Shown here in pieces: positions 18,691 through 29,738 of a stretch of DNA of 48,431 nt. How positions within the stretch are numbered: position 1 is the stretch's first letter; each line of letters starts with the position of its first letter. Both the position numbers and the translations under genes were made by a program. The DNA lies in contig CAZPWM010000016.1 in the NCBI GenBank assembly GCA_964590575.1, forward strand, positions 1-48,431, written 5' to 3'. The notes beneath the pieces were generated by a model that was given only the letters and a program-made list of their open reading frames with translations, ran no database searches and was not told the DNA's origin. This stretch comes from an uncultured archaeon. Its GTDB lineage: Archaea > Asgardarchaeota > Thorarchaeia > Thorarchaeales > Thorarchaeaceae.

Positions 18691-19383
18691 GTGCAAGAGT
18701 CTGAAGGGCTATTTGAGATCCTCTTATTGATTATACAAAGAGGACTCCCAACGACTCTTGCTCTCACTCTTCTTTCTTTATTAATTGGTTTTCTCGTAGG
18801 AACAGGACTTGCTTTAATGCGCGTTTACGGACCAATTGAATTACGATGGATAGCTGTGGGGTACGAAAAGATATTCAGAGGAATTCCACTGCTTGTTCTT
18901 CTTTTCATTTTTGGGGCTGCAATACTAGGGATGTTTATGTGGGCAGGTTCTGTAACCAATGCATTATTCGTTGCTGCAGTGTTTGCGCTCGCATTAAGGA
19001 GCGCTGCATATCAATCTGAACTATTCCGCGGGGCAATATTGTCAGTCGATCCTGGACAGATGATGGCTGCTAAGTCCATGGGAATGAACGACCTTCAGGC
19101 GACTCGACATATTATCCTACCTCAGGCATTTCGACTCTCTTTACCAGGTTGGACAAATGAATATGCAGTTGTAATCAAGGATTCATCATTAGTAAGTGCA
19201 CTTGGTATAAGTGATATAATGTATCATGCTGAAGCATTCCGATGGACCTACCCCGCCTACTTTCTAGGCATCATCCTAGTGATTTCGATTATTTATTTCG
19301 CCTTTACGTATCCCGTCACTAAATATGTAGGTGAGAGTATGACTACGAGACTTAGACGACTTGGACTCGGAGGTGGCAAGTGA
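18691..19383 (+). CDS. Polar amino-acid ABC transporter permease
   Basis: [39 protein letters not shown]. Confidence 0.92.
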   Translation: MQESEGLFEILLLIIQRGLPTTLALTLLSLLIGFLVGTGLALMRVYGPIELRWIAVGYEKIFRGIPLLVLLFIFGAAILGMFMWAGSVTNALFVAAVFALALRSAAYQSELFRGAILSVDPGQMMAAKSMGMNDLQATRHIILPQAFRLSLPGWTNEYAVVIKDSSLVSALGISDIMYHAEAFRWTYPAYFLGIILVISIIYFAFTYPVTKYVGESMTTRLRRLGLGGGK

Positions 19384-20153
19384 TGACAAAGGTCATCGAA
19401 GTACGAGATGTATGGAAAGCATATGATACACTTGAGGTGCTAAAAGGTATATCTTTTGATGTGAATGAAAGGGAAGTAAAAGTAGTCTTTGGCCCCAGTG
19501 GGTCAGGAAAAAGCACCTTACTAAGAGTCATCAACATGCTAACACCTCCTGACAAAGGTGAGGTACTCCTTCGTGGACAAAGTCTTATGGACCCTCAAGC
19601 AAATCTAAGCAAATTACGCACACGTATTGGTTTTGTTTTTCAGAACTTCAATCTCTTTGCACATTTGAAAGCAATAGACAATGTCAGTATCGGTCCTCGT
19701 CTCGTGCTTGGCATGACAAAAGAGGAGGCACAGGATGTTGCATTCAAGGCATTAGAGCACGTTAGGATGAACGATTGGAGTCATCACTATCCAGCTGAGT
19801 TAAGCGGCGGTCAACAACAGCGTATTGGAATCGCACGTTCAATAGCCATGAATCCCGATGTAATTTTATTTGATGAGCCAACATCAGCTCTTGATCCAGA
19901 GCTGATAGGTGAAGTTCTTCAAGTCATGCTTGATATCGCAAAAGAAGGAACAACGATGATAGTTGTTACACACGAGATGGGGTTTGCACGTGCTGTTGCT
20001 GACGAGATGATTTTCATGGATCATGGTGTCATTGTGGAAACAGGCACTCCTCAACATTTCTTCAAGGAACCTAAATCCGAGAGAGCAATAGACTTCCTCC
20101 ACAAGTTGGAGGTCTTATACGGACAAGCAGAGCCTGAGCTTGAGCTAGAATAA
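19380..20153 (+). CDS. Polar amino-acid ABC transporter ATP-binding protein (GlnQ-like)
   Basis: [38 protein letters not shown]. Confidence 0.95.
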   Translation: MMTKVIEVRDVWKAYDTLEVLKGISFDVNEREVKVVFGPSGSGKSTLLRVINMLTPPDKGEVLLRGQSLMDPQANLSKLRTRIGFVFQNFNLFAHLKAIDNVSIGPRLVLGMTKEEAQDVAFKALEHVRMNDWSHHYPAELSGGQQQRIGIARSIAMNPDVILFDEPTSALDPELIGEVLQVMLDIAKEGTTMIVVTHEMGFARAVADEMIFMDHGVIVETGTPQHFFKEPKSERAIDFLHKLEVLYGQAEPELELE

Positions 20154-20167
20154 TTGGAGGAATCCAA

Positions 20168-20938
20168 CTGACAACTACGTCACTAGATTATCTCTTTGGA
20201 ATTCAACAGTCACGAATAGAGCAATATATTCCTGATTTAGTAAATGGATTTCTAATGACGATGGGGTTGTATATATTTGCGCTTGTACTCGGGTTGGGTC
20301 TTGCTTTAATTCTGTCTATTGGTCGACATTATGGCGGTCCCATAATCTCCAGAATTTCCACAGCTTATATTGAGTTTATGAGGGGTACACCCTTACTTGC
20401 TCAGATTCTATTAATCACTTATCTTCCCATAGCGCTTAATTTTTGGTTAGTAGAACAAGGATTGCCCCCAATTGATAACTCATGGCGGATTATTCTTCCA
20501 GATCTTTTTGGAACTCCACGTATCGTTCTAAACAATACAATTCTTTTATGTGCAATTACCCTCGGCTTGAACAGTGGGGCATATCAAGCGGAATTTTTCC
20601 GAGGCTCACTGGCGTCCATATCAGCTGGTCAAACACTAGCCGCCCAATCAGTGGGAATGACGAAGCGTCAAGAAATCAGGCACATTGCCCTCCCTCAAGG
20701 CCTTAGACGCGCAATACCAGCTTGGTCAAATGAAGCAGTTTACCTTCCGAAATATACGACTGTTGCATATTTTGTTGGTGTTCCAGAATTCTTTAGTATG
20801 ATAAAATTAGTAGTATCACGCACCTATCAAGCGCTCTTAGTATATGCTCTGGCCGCTATTGTTTTCCTAGTCGTTATCACTATTATCTCCTGGTTTTTGG
20901 ACTATGTGTATAACCGAGTTAAAATCCCTGGTATGTAA
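20168..20938 (+). CDS. Polar amino-acid ABC transporter permease (second; possible CTG start)
   Basis: MRGTPLLAQ, NSGAYQAEFFRG, IALPQ. Frame open back to CTG 20168 with GGAGG at 20156-20160; the track starts it at 20255. Confidence 0.88.
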   Translation: MTTTSLDYLFGIQQSRIEQYIPDLVNGFLMTMGLYIFALVLGLGLALILSIGRHYGGPIISRISTAYIEFMRGTPLLAQILLITYLPIALNFWLVEQGLPPIDNSWRIILPDLFGTPRIVLNNTILLCAITLGLNSGAYQAEFFRGSLASISAGQTLAAQSVGMTKRQEIRHIALPQGLRRAIPAWSNEAVYLPKYTTVAYFVGVPEFFSMIKLVVSRTYQALLVYALAAIVFLVVITIISWFLDYVYNRVKIPGM

Positions 20939-20975
20939 TCAACTTCAGATAGGACCTATCTCAAGAGATAGTACG

Positions 20976-21797
20976 CTAGAGTTTTCCAACTATTTTCGTT
21001 CCCGCTTTTCGAAGTTTGAACTCTACTTCTTTATACCTCTCTCGAGCCTCTTTTGCTTCTTCCTTCATACCAAGTTTATCAAGAGCCTCAGCTAGAATCT
21101 TCCATGCAATGAACGAATCTGGATTCATCTCGACGGCTTTCCTGTAATAATCTAGACCCACCTTTGTTTCCCCTCTTTTGAAAGCAATCTGACCCAGATA
21201 CATGAGCAATGTAAAATCCTCCGGATCAAGCTCTCGCATTCTTAGGTACATCTTTTCAAGTTCTTGCGTACGGCCAAGTTTCATCAATGCTCTAGCTAAT
21301 CCTTTGTGAATCTCATAGTCATTCGGAAATATGATATCAGCTTGATGAAGAATATCTAATGCGTCTTCCCAATACTCCAGATTGTTATATGCTACAGCCA
21401 ATGAAATCATGGCATCTCGATAGTCTGGTTTGATTGCTAAGCTATGTTTGAATGCTTCAGCTGCATCCCTGTATCTGCTTCCTTGAAGATAAGCAATCCC
21501 CAATCTTGTCCAATATTCATAGTGCCCCGGCTCTTGTTTCAAGCATTTCTCAAGATTCTTGATTGCTGCTTTTGTCTTCCCTTTCAGGATATACAATGAT
21601 CCAAGACCTCCTAATGCTAATGGATAGTCCTTTTCAAGTTTGAAACACTGTTTGAATGCTATCTCTGCATTACTGACTTGTTTTAGTGCTAGGTATACAT
21701 CTCCAAGTCTGAGCCATTTCTCAATGTCATTGGGATTATCTCTAAGCTCCTCTGCAAGTTTCTGAGCCTCATCTTGACTGAAAGTCATGTCATTCAT
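20976..21797 (-). CDS. Tetratricopeptide repeat protein
   Basis: Successive 34-aa units with W..LG..Y......A...F...L...P pattern. Confidence 0.9.
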   Translation of the reverse strand: MNDMTFSQDEAQKLAEELRDNPNDIEKWLRLGDVYLALKQVSNAEIAFKQCFKLEKDYPLALGGLGSLYILKGKTKAAIKNLEKCLKQEPGHYEYWTRLGIAYLQGSRYRDAAEAFKHSLAIKPDYRDAMISLAVAYNNLEYWEDALDILHQADIIFPNDYEIHKGLARALMKLGRTQELEKMYLRMRELDPEDFTLLMYLGQIAFKRGETKVGLDYYRKAVEMNPDSFIAWKILAEALDKLGMKEEAKEARERYKEVEFKLRKAGTKIVGKL

Positions 21798-21883
21798 CCC
21801 GGTATATGACTGTTGTAAGAATCTATCTGACTCATTAGTATTATCTTGCAGTTTGTTTCCCAGAAACTAAGAGAAGTGATGAA

Positions 21884-22852
21884 ATGAAAATCAAATTTGG
21901 AACTCATATAGAACCTCAATTGGGGTATGACTACGAGTCTGCTCTGAATATAGCTTTAGAAGCTGAGAAACTCGGTTACGAGTCATTTTGGTGTAGCGAT
22001 CACTTATTCCTGAATAATAAATCTGAGAATCAGAACTGCATGGATGCATGGAGTCTTCTAGCTGCTCTAGCAGCTGCAACAAGGAAGATTCGTTTCGGTA
22101 CATTAGTCACCTGCAATTCATATCGACATCCAGCCTTACTTGCTAAAATGGTTGCAACGATCGATATGATTTCTAATGGACGTCTATGGTTCGGTTATGG
22201 AGCTGGTTGGAAGGAGAGTGAATACAGCGCATATGGATATCCTTTCCCCAAAATACAAGACCGCATGGACATGATGGAGGAAGCACTACAGATAATCAAG
22301 CTTCTCTGGACTGAACCCTCCCCTAGCTATAGCGGGAAACACTATTCGATAAAGAATGCTTTTTCAGCACCTAAACCAGTTCAGAAACCACATCCTCCTA
22401 TTCTTATCGGTGGCGATGGTGAGAAACGGACTCTTAGAGCTGTAGCAAAGTATGCGGACTACTGCAATCTATTCCTTAAAGCTGACTTCGACCGAAAGCT
22501 GGACGTCCTCAAAGAGCATTGCAACGATGTTGGGAGAAACTATGATGATATCGGAAAGAGTTTGTTTGCTCAAGGATGGCCAGGAGTCTTTGTGACCGAT
22601 AGCCAAGAAGAATTGGAACAGCACTTGAAATGGCGGTCTGATAATCTAGGTGCCTCTAGGGAAGAAGTCCTCGAGAAAGCCCGAAGTAATGCCCCCGGTT
22701 CGTGGGTTGGATATCCTGAGGAGGTCTTAGAACGATTCGAGTATCTCATAAGTCTGGGTTTCGATTTCTTTCAAGTTATGTTTCCTGGAATCGGAGTGGA
22801 ATTTTTAGATGCACAGAAGAAGTTCACCCATCTGGTGATGAAGAAATTATAG
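21884..22852 (+). CDS. LLM-class F420-dependent oxidoreductase
   Basis: WCSDHL, GTLVTCNSYRHP, GRLWFGYGAGW, PKPVQKPHPPILIGGDGEKRTLR. Confidence 0.9.
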   Translation: MKIKFGTHIEPQLGYDYESALNIALEAEKLGYESFWCSDHLFLNNKSENQNCMDAWSLLAALAAATRKIRFGTLVTCNSYRHPALLAKMVATIDMISNGRLWFGYGAGWKESEYSAYGYPFPKIQDRMDMMEEALQIIKLLWTEPSPSYSGKHYSIKNAFSAPKPVQKPHPPILIGGDGEKRTLRAVAKYADYCNLFLKADFDRKLDVLKEHCNDVGRNYDDIGKSLFAQGWPGVFVTDSQEELEQHLKWRSDNLGASREEVLEKARSNAPGSWVGYPEEVLERFEYLISLGFDFFQVMFPGIGVEFLDAQKKFTHLVMKKL

Positions 22853-22865
22853 TGGGCTATGGTGG

Positions 22866-23669
22866 TTAAAACTCATCCAACCCTTGATGATTAATCAATG
22901 TCTTGTAGTACGGATCGAATGAACCTCGAATTCCGCGAGATGCAATTAAACCTCCAACAAACTCATTCAAGGTTTCAGAGAGTTGTAGATAGTCTGAGTT
23001 GCCTTGTTCTCTCAATGCTTCGTTCTCTTCCCCAACTTTCTCGGGGTTTATGTTCATCTCTCTAAGAAGTCGGTCTCGAATCTCCTGATACTCCTTTACG
23101 TGAATGTGTATTCCAAGATTTCTTGCCTTCAATAGTCTAAATCCATTTCCTGTTCTCCATAGGCGAGATACATCGACCCATTCCTTGGTCAATGATGGGA
23201 GTACTTCATCAATCTCATTCAAGACCAGGACAGTTTCATGATGTCGTGCCTGAATTAAATCCGCTGCAATTATTGCGGATCGAGTGGACGAGATTAACGC
23301 GACATCAAAGAAGAGAGTTGACCCGCCTCTCGCAAACTGCATCTTAGCAATCTTCACAAGAACATCGAAAAAACTGTTTGAGGCTTCATGAATACTAGTA
23401 GGCGTGTCTATGCTCAGCAACTCCTCGAAGAGGGTGCAATCAACACCCAGAAGTTCAGGTATACTAAAAGCTGAGAGAACCATATGATGTGTTTTCAACC
23501 AATGTGTCTTATACGACTCCTGACACCCTACTTGGAGCATGGTGACTAGCGTATCCCAATCTTCTCTTGAGAAAATATTTGTCTTCAGAATATTGTCAAT
23601 AGTGTGGCCTAATCAAACTGAATCGTCAATCATGAGTAGTTCGGAAATGATTTCTGCATCAAACGACAT
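22866..23669 (-). pseudogene. Hypothetical protein; probable N-terminus interrupted by an in-frame TGA (23613-23615)
   Basis: Frame of ORF 22866..23540 extends to ATG 23669: MSFDAEIISELLMIDDSV*LGHTIDNILKTNIFSREDWDTLVTMLQVG... Confidence 0.6.
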
Positions 23670-23728
23670 GACTGCAACCAGAAGACATCAGGACTACTTC
23701 TGATTTGTGATATACTTGTGTGAGTTTG

Positions 23729-23763
23729 ATTAGAACATTTATTAGAATAGGATATTATTAGAA
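23729..23763. promoter_or_regulatory. Triple ATTAGAA direct repeat in a divergent intergenic region
   Basis: ATTAGAA at 23729, 23741 and 23757. Confidence 0.35.
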
Positions 23764-23781
23764 TATTATAGGGGTATTACA

Positions 23782-24429
23782 TTGCCAGAGAGTGGAGGCG
23801 AGACTGACGGCCCCACTCCACTTGAGCTCGACATAATGCGCTCATTTGGATGGGCTGTAGTAGAAACAGAGGATGCACTATATCATAGGTATCTCCATCT
23901 ATCAGCTGCTCGTTCTTTAATGCCTGAAATTATTTTCAGGCTGCAGCTTCGGAATATGGAGGCTAAAGGATTTGTATCACCATTGAGCCTACATGGTAAA
24001 AAAGCATACCGTCGTCTTCTTATCGGGAAAGAAATCGGGAGAGAATTGCATCCACAGATTCCTCTTGATGAAATGCGTCTAGCTTTGGGGAGCTTAAACG
24101 CAAAAACCAAAGCGGAAAAAAAGGTACATACCGAAGTCACCACTGAAGTGATTGAGGACTCTGATCTTATTGGTCAGGAGATTCAGCGTGCATTAGAGAG
24201 TTGGATGCTTCGAGACTCCGGTAAAATAAGTAAGGGCGCAGTGCACGCTCACGTGGCAAATATGATGGCAGCTCTTCGAAAATCTGAGGAAGAGCTTTTT
24301 GAGTATGTGCGCATTGAATTACCTGGATTACTAGCTGAGATAGGTCAAATACTAAGAACCTATGGGCCTGAGTTCCTTCTTCTTACACTACGGCTCACTG
24401 AACAAAAGGTACGAAAATATAAGTTCTGA
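23782..24429 (+). CDS. Hypothetical protein, possible N-terminal winged-helix
   Basis: LTPLELDIM-like start (PTPLELDIM) and FRLQLRNMEAKGFVS...KKAYRR resemble WH recognition helix and wing. Confidence 0.6.
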   Translation: MPESGGETDGPTPLELDIMRSFGWAVVETEDALYHRYLHLSAARSLMPEIIFRLQLRNMEAKGFVSPLSLHGKKAYRRLLIGKEIGRELHPQIPLDEMRLALGSLNAKTKAEKKVHTEVTTEVIEDSDLIGQEIQRALESWMLRDSGKISKGAVHAHVANMMAALRKSEEELFEYVRIELPGLLAEIGQILRTYGPEFLLLTLRLTEQKVRKYKF

Positions 24430-24516
24430 TTGTTTCATTTTAATTTGGAAAGCAACAACTGTGCTGAATCCACCTAATTCATTACCTGCCTCTAAGCGAG
24501 TAGGATATGACCTTCA

Positions 24517-25290
24517 ATGATAGTGGATTGGTTTGATAAGGATCGAAGCAGGATACGTCCTCTGTTCAATAATCACACTAGGGCTCGTGCTGTGATCTTC
24601 CCTGCTCTCGATCTGGGACGAGGTAATGTGTGGACTAATTCCCTTGAAGTACCGACAGTTGCTAGACTTCAACTCGCTTTGATAAATGCAGTAGCTGGAG
24701 ATAGTACAAGTCTAGATGCGGAAGAACTCATTCGAATGATTGAGCCCATGCATCTTGTGTTTGGACCTGATGAGAATTGGACCCGAATTATCAAGGACCT
24801 TTGGGGTGAGCGATTGGGTATCCAACCAAGAACAGTATTCTCCCCAGATTCACTAGACCTCGCACATATACAGCATCTTCGAGAGCAACTACCAGATGGT
24901 TATAGTCTGGAGAGAATGGACCTTGAAACACTCAGACGCGTAGACAAGAGGAAAGCAATGCATATCCCCACTTTCTTTGGCAGCTCGGAAGATTTCTACA
25001 AGATGGGTATTGCTTTCTGCATTAAGTATGAAAACACGGTTGTCAGTATGGCCTCCACTTTCACACCCTATACCGACATGTTTGAAATTCAAGTTGACAC
25101 TTTAGATACTGAACACCGAAGGAAGGGATTGGCCACAGTAGTATCAGCTGCGCTTATTGCACATGCCTTGAAGAACGGGATTGTACCACATTGGGATGCC
25201 GCAAACGAGGCTTCAATCCATCTTGCGTTGAAACTTGGTTACACTAACCCTGTCCATTGGGAGGGGTATTACCTCAAGCCATCTGAATAA
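24517..25290 (+). CDS. GNAT family acetyltransferase
   Basis: EIQVDT..EHRRKGLAT, PHWDAANEASIHLALKLGY. Confidence 0.88.
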   Translation: MIVDWFDKDRSRIRPLFNNHTRARAVIFPALDLGRGNVWTNSLEVPTVARLQLALINAVAGDSTSLDAEELIRMIEPMHLVFGPDENWTRIIKDLWGERLGIQPRTVFSPDSLDLAHIQHLREQLPDGYSLERMDLETLRRVDKRKAMHIPTFFGSSEDFYKMGIAFCIKYENTVVSMASTFTPYTDMFEIQVDTLDTEHRRKGLATVVSAALIAHALKNGIVPHWDAANEASIHLALKLGYTNPVHWEGYYLKPSE

Positions 25291-25299
25291 GTTTCGATT

Positions 25300-26382
25300 T
25301 CACTTCTTCCTATTCAAAGCAACAACAAGAACAACTATGATGATGCTTCCTCCTGAAATCGCTGAAATCAGGACCACATCAATAGCCGCAGTTGGCTCTA
25401 ATCCCACCTCAAAGATTTCAGCTTCTTTGACTACTTCAAGTGTTGAATTGGAGTCTTCAACTTCGATGTCCATAACATATCCGCCGTCTTCCATACCGAT
25501 GAAGAAGCCAGTGTAGTTTCCATCTTGGTTACCGTCCTGAAGTTCCACAGTATCAATCAGTGTTCTGTTGCCATAACCATATACTCGCGCTATCACTTCT
25601 TGAACACTTGTTGACAGTATATCGCCAAGGGTATCATTCAAATCGTCGATGACGGCACTTATCGTAAAATTAGTGCCAATAGGTCCCTTGAAAGGAGCTA
25701 GTACCGACTCTGCGACTCTTGACAATCCAAGACATTCCCTGATAACTTCTGCACAGACTTCTGATGTAGAAGCTTCAAGCCATCCCCCTCCACCTGTTCC
25801 TCCACCTGATCCTCCTGTGATTATTGAACCATCTGCAACAGCCTCTACACCTAATACTGTTGTTGCTCCTGCTCCCAACATTTTTGGAGCACTTAACATG
25901 AATTCAACAACCTTACTTCCATTCACGATTTCATTGGCTTCTGCAACAACCCGCGTCCCAGTGCAGATTGAAGCTACTACCAAACCTAGATCAAACGCGT
26001 CTGAAATGAAATTCAATACCACACTACTTCCGATTAAGAACGACCATTGACCACCTGAAGAAACAAGGAGACAATCGAACTGCAAAACCATATCAGTTGT
26101 CATTTCGGATAACAAGAGGTCAGCTACAATTGGTCTTGGTTCCCTGTTTAAGCAAGAATCAATATTGTAGTCAATTGAATATGCAACCGTTGTTACATTG
26201 ACTCCCCACGTTTCAAGATGATCTTTTGCATCGAAGTAGTTCCAGCCAAATCCATCACACACTAATATCAGGACTTTGACATCTGATATGTCCGGTGTAT
26301 CTAATGCGGATACTGAAAGAGGATTCGAGAATGTAAGTCCAAAGACTAGTAGTGTTGTAACTAGCAGCAATTTCCATTTCAT
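25300..26382 (-). CDS. Surface-anchored DJ-1/PfpI family protein
   Basis: Signal peptide, VLILVCDGF, LLVSSGG, VASICTG nucleophile, beta-rich domain, C-terminal TM followed by NRKK. Confidence 0.8.
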   Translation of the reverse strand: MKWKLLLVTTLLVFGLTFSNPLSVSALDTPDISDVKVLILVCDGFGWNYFDAKDHLETWGVNVTTVAYSIDYNIDSCLNREPRPIVADLLLSEMTTDMVLQFDCLLVSSGGQWSFLIGSSVVLNFISDAFDLGLVVASICTGTRVVAEANEIVNGSKVVEFMLSAPKMLGAGATTVLGVEAVADGSIITGGSGGGTGGGGWLEASTSEVCAEVIRECLGLSRVAESVLAPFKGPIGTNFTISAVIDDLNDTLGDILSTSVQEVIARVYGYGNRTLIDTVELQDGNQDGNYTGFFIGMEDGGYVMDIEVEDSNSTLEVVKEAEIFEVGLEPTAAIDVVLISAISGGSIIIVVLVVALNRKK

Positions 26383-26548
26383 ATTAATCGAACATTGGTC
26401 CGATTCCTACTATATTAGGGATAGATTCTACGCTGCACCTAAGAAAAAGGGAATGGCAGCATTATGTATATCTCCAGTTTTCCTAGAGATCCTGACTGAA
26501 TTATTACCAGAGAAGAAGATTCATAGCGCGAGTATTAAAAATGTGAAT

Positions 26549-27304
26549 TTAGTCTTCAAGAATTCTGTACCAGTAAGTGTACATTGTTTTGAATCCCATT
26601 GTCTTGTATAGATTTAATGCAGGAATGTTCTCTGCTTCGACCTGCAAAAAGACTTGTTTAGCTCCAAGGTCTTCACCCCACATTGCAAGTGCGCAGTTCA
26701 CCGACCATGCTACTCCTCGACGCTGGAACTCTGGAAGTGTTCGAATAGAGAATAATCCGAGCCACTCTTCTTCAACCACTCCCAATCCTACACCTGCGAT
26801 ATGTCCATGCATCATAACTCGTGCAATATTCTTGGCTCCTGCAATACGGTGAATGATCTCTCGTCTTACGTCAATTGCTCTTTTCTCTCTCTCTGATTTA
26901 TACATGAGCGTGTTCAGCGAGTCATCGGTGACCTTGAATAGGTCAACTGGCAAACGAGGGTCTAGACATGATACACTCTCAATTGGTGCAGTCTGAACAT
27001 GTGTTACCATTCGCTGTTTGAAACCCTTTTCTTCCAGTATTTCATCAAGTCCTTTTGGTTGACTTGCTGGCGATATTTTGAATGCTGGTGGCGTGTCCCT
27101 TTCCCTGTATAATTCAATTACATAGTCGATCATTTGTTCGATTCCAACTTTGCTCTCCCATCTATATGGAAGAACACAATTAGCCCTCCATGTAACTGCA
27201 TCATTCCAATGGATAATCCATCCTTTGTAATTAACAATCTCTCTCGCAGGCCAACAATGTGATGCCAAGAGTTCTAATTCTCCAATCTCATGCTCTGACA
27301 TCAT
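26549..27304 (-). CDS. GNAT family acetyltransferase
   Basis: WPA..., RAN, TLPEFQRRGVA, LQVEAENIPALNLYKTMGF. Confidence 0.88.
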   Translation of the reverse strand: MMSEHEIGELELLASHCWPAREIVNYKGWIIHWNDAVTWRANCVLPYRWESKVGIEQMIDYVIELYRERDTPPAFKISPASQPKGLDEILEEKGFKQRMVTHVQTAPIESVSCLDPRLPVDLFKVTDDSLNTLMYKSEREKRAIDVRREIIHRIAGAKNIARVMMHGHIAGVGLGVVEEEWLGLFSIRTLPEFQRRGVAWSVNCALAMWGEDLGAKQVFLQVEAENIPALNLYKTMGFKTMYTYWYRILED

Positions 27305-27439
27305 AATCGTTTGATAGTAGTTACTGCCTAAAATCTTGCCTCTTTGCAGCGAAGTGCCAATATTTAGTATCATTATTCTGATTCAGGTGTTGTCCGATAC
27401 ACCACTTGTACCATATAATCCATCAAGCAAAACACCTTT

Positions 27440-29686
27440 GTGATGCCTTCTCATTGTTGGACTGAGGAAGTCGTAGTGAGTCCTGCACTCAACGAGATTG
27501 CATGGTCAATATTGAGTGGTTTCCATAAAACACTCGCTTCCGATTCATCATTACGTTCAAAGAGTACCCTCCAAATAACGGAAGCCTCAAGACTTGCTGG
27601 GCTCACCTATATCTTATCTTCTCAACTAAAGGAGAACTTCTACTCATTTAGCCACCTCTCATATGAGGCTGAGCGTTTAGGAGTATCTCGGGAGGTTGTT
27701 ACGAATCTTGCTAATGAGGTTTTAGACTCATTTAGTTTCCCGATTTCTGAAACGCTTGATACCATTGAACTAGTGACCCTTCTTGGCATTATTCATTCAT
27801 TAGGTTGTTACCATCTTCCCTTAACATATAATGAAGGAACATCTCAGAAACCCCTTGGGGGATATTACACTCCCTCTGTGATTGCCGATTACATTGTTTC
27901 ACTCACATTATCTCCAACATTGGAACGTCTTGCAAAGAATGCATCAAAAAAAGGAGTCGCTGCATTGCAGGAGATTCTTTCTCTTCAAACTCTTGACCCC
28001 GCATGCGGTGCTGGAGTGTTTCTTATTTCGTCAATGAATGCCTACGATAGAGCAATGAAAAAAGGGATACAGAATGCTCTTGATGGCGGCACAAGGCGTC
28101 AAGCGCTTAAAGACTCTGGAGTTTTAGATTACAGACAGAGGATACGTCGCAACATGTATGGCGTTGACATTGACTCTGGAGCTCTTGAGGTGACTGATGT
28201 ATCGCTACGTTTACTCTCTCAGGATCAGATTGGTGGCTTGAATGAATCATCGTTAGGTGATTCGCTCAAACAAGGCAACTCTCTAATCTCTCTAACTGGT
28301 ATGAACGGACAATCTGACCATCGTCATTACTTCTCAAGTTCAGATTCACGTTTGCCTTTTGAGTGGAATGATGAATTTGGTGGAATCTTAGAGAATGGTG
28401 GTTTTCACTTCATTGTGATGAACCCACCCTACGAGCGATTGAAACCGAATCTCGCGGAATTTCTGAGAGAGCGTCTTCTGTCGGGAGAACGAGAAATCCA
28501 CATGGAGAACTTTTCAAAATACAAAGAACAGCTAAGCGAGGATGTCAGATATTTTCGAGATTCAGGTGTGTATCATTTAGGTAACAGATATGCTATAGAT
28601 ACACACAGATTGTTTGTAGAACGTACTCTCCAGTTAGCTCGTGAGGGGGGCACTATTGGTTTCATAGTTCCCTCGACCATTCTTGGTGATCTATCTTCAC
28701 AACCATTGAGATATTCCCTCATCCGAGAAAACAAACTCCGAACAATAGATGATTTTCCCGAAACCTCGCGACTCTTTGAGGGTGTCACTCAATCAGTAAC
28801 TGTGATTACACTTGAACGCGGGGGAACTACTAGATCTTTCTCTGCTAAATTTGGTCTCAAGGATATTGATGAAGCAAAATCAAGAAAACCTATTCATATA
28901 GAAGCTAGGAAGATCGAAAGTGCAGCCGGTCCTTCGTTGTCGATTCCTCAGGTGGATAAAGTTGGCTGGAGATTACTGTACAAGCTTCATAGTCAACCAT
29001 CTATATCATCTCTAAATTGGTTGGCAGTGAAACGAGGTGAGCTAGATCTCACTCTGGACAAGGAGTGCATCACGTATGATCCAACTGCCTTTCGTCTGGT
29101 TAGGGGTTCTAATATCTCTCGATATACATTGAGTGATCGAAAGAATAAACATCCCGAGTATGTAGATATTGAACAACTTAGGACGAAGTTAGGAGAGTCT
29201 CCAAGAGCCAATCACATCCATCGGAATAGAATTGCTTGTCAACAAGTTTCTAATAGGACCCAAAGATGGCGATTGAAGTTTGCATCTATCCCTCCAAATT
29301 TTGTATTAGCCAACTCCTGCAATTATCTAGTTAGCCATGATCATTCTATTAAATCTACTATGTTGCTTCTCCTTGGTATCCTGAACTCCGAATTACTGAA
29401 CTGGAGGTTCAACCTTACAAACACCAACAACCACGTTTCTAATTGGGAGCTTGCGCAATTACCTCTAGTTAACTTGGAGACATCCACGTCCCGCGACATC
29501 AGAGCCCAGCTGATAAAGGAAGTAAGGAAGGTGAAAACGGACGACATCACACCCAGGATTGAGGCTCTAGTCTTTGCTCTCTACGGTTTCTCAATTAATG
29601 AAACAAAGACTCTTTTGGAAATGCGTTTGACCCCGGAACCTGAGATTAGTGCAATTATGAATGAATTACGGTCTCTAGACTTCTGA
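27440..29686 (+). CDS. N6-adenine DNA methyltransferase (gamma class; Alw26I/Eco31I/Esp3I-like)
   Basis: GGYYTP (X), LDPACGAGVFL (I), YGVDID (II), IVMNPPY (IV); C-terminal TaqI-like TRD (NSCNYL...LLGILNSELLNWRF). Confidence 0.88.
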   Translation: MMPSHCWTEEVVVSPALNEIAWSILSGFHKTLASDSSLRSKSTLQITEASRLAGLTYILSSQLKENFYSFSHLSYEAERLGVSREVVTNLANEVLDSFSFPISETLDTIELVTLLGIIHSLGCYHLPLTYNEGTSQKPLGGYYTPSVIADYIVSLTLSPTLERLAKNASKKGVAALQEILSLQTLDPACGAGVFLISSMNAYDRAMKKGIQNALDGGTRRQALKDSGVLDYRQRIRRNMYGVDIDSGALEVTDVSLRLLSQDQIGGLNESSLGDSLKQGNSLISLTGMNGQSDHRHYFSSSDSRLPFEWNDEFGGILENGGFHFIVMNPPYERLKPNLAEFLRERLLSGEREIHMENFSKYKEQLSEDVRYFRDSGVYHLGNRYAIDTHRLFVERTLQLAREGGTIGFIVPSTILGDLSSQPLRYSLIRENKLRTIDDFPETSRLFEGVTQSVTVITLERGGTTRSFSAKFGLKDIDEAKSRKPIHIEARKIESAAGPSLSIPQVDKVGWRLLYKLHSQPSISSLNWLAVKRGELDLTLDKECITYDPTAFRLVRGSNISRYTLSDRKNKHPEYVDIEQLRTKLGESPRANHIHRNRIACQQVSNRTQRWRLKFASIPPNFVLANSCNYLVSHDHSIKSTMLLLLGILNSELLNWRFNLTNTNNHVSNWELAQLPLVNLETSTSRDIRAQLIKEVRKVKTDDITPRIEALVFALYGFSINETKTLLEMRLTPEPEISAIMNELRSLDF

Positions 29687-29738
29687 AACCTAGCAATGTC
29701 TTACAAAGATTTTACATACAACCCGAGACTAGTCGGCT

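Noticed and set aside
14746-23669. Genome-wide UGA reassignment suggested by two in-frame TGAs
   Set aside because: Intact genes end at TGA at their expected C-termini (e.g. 6319, 9373, 18684, 32744), so TGA is a normal stop.
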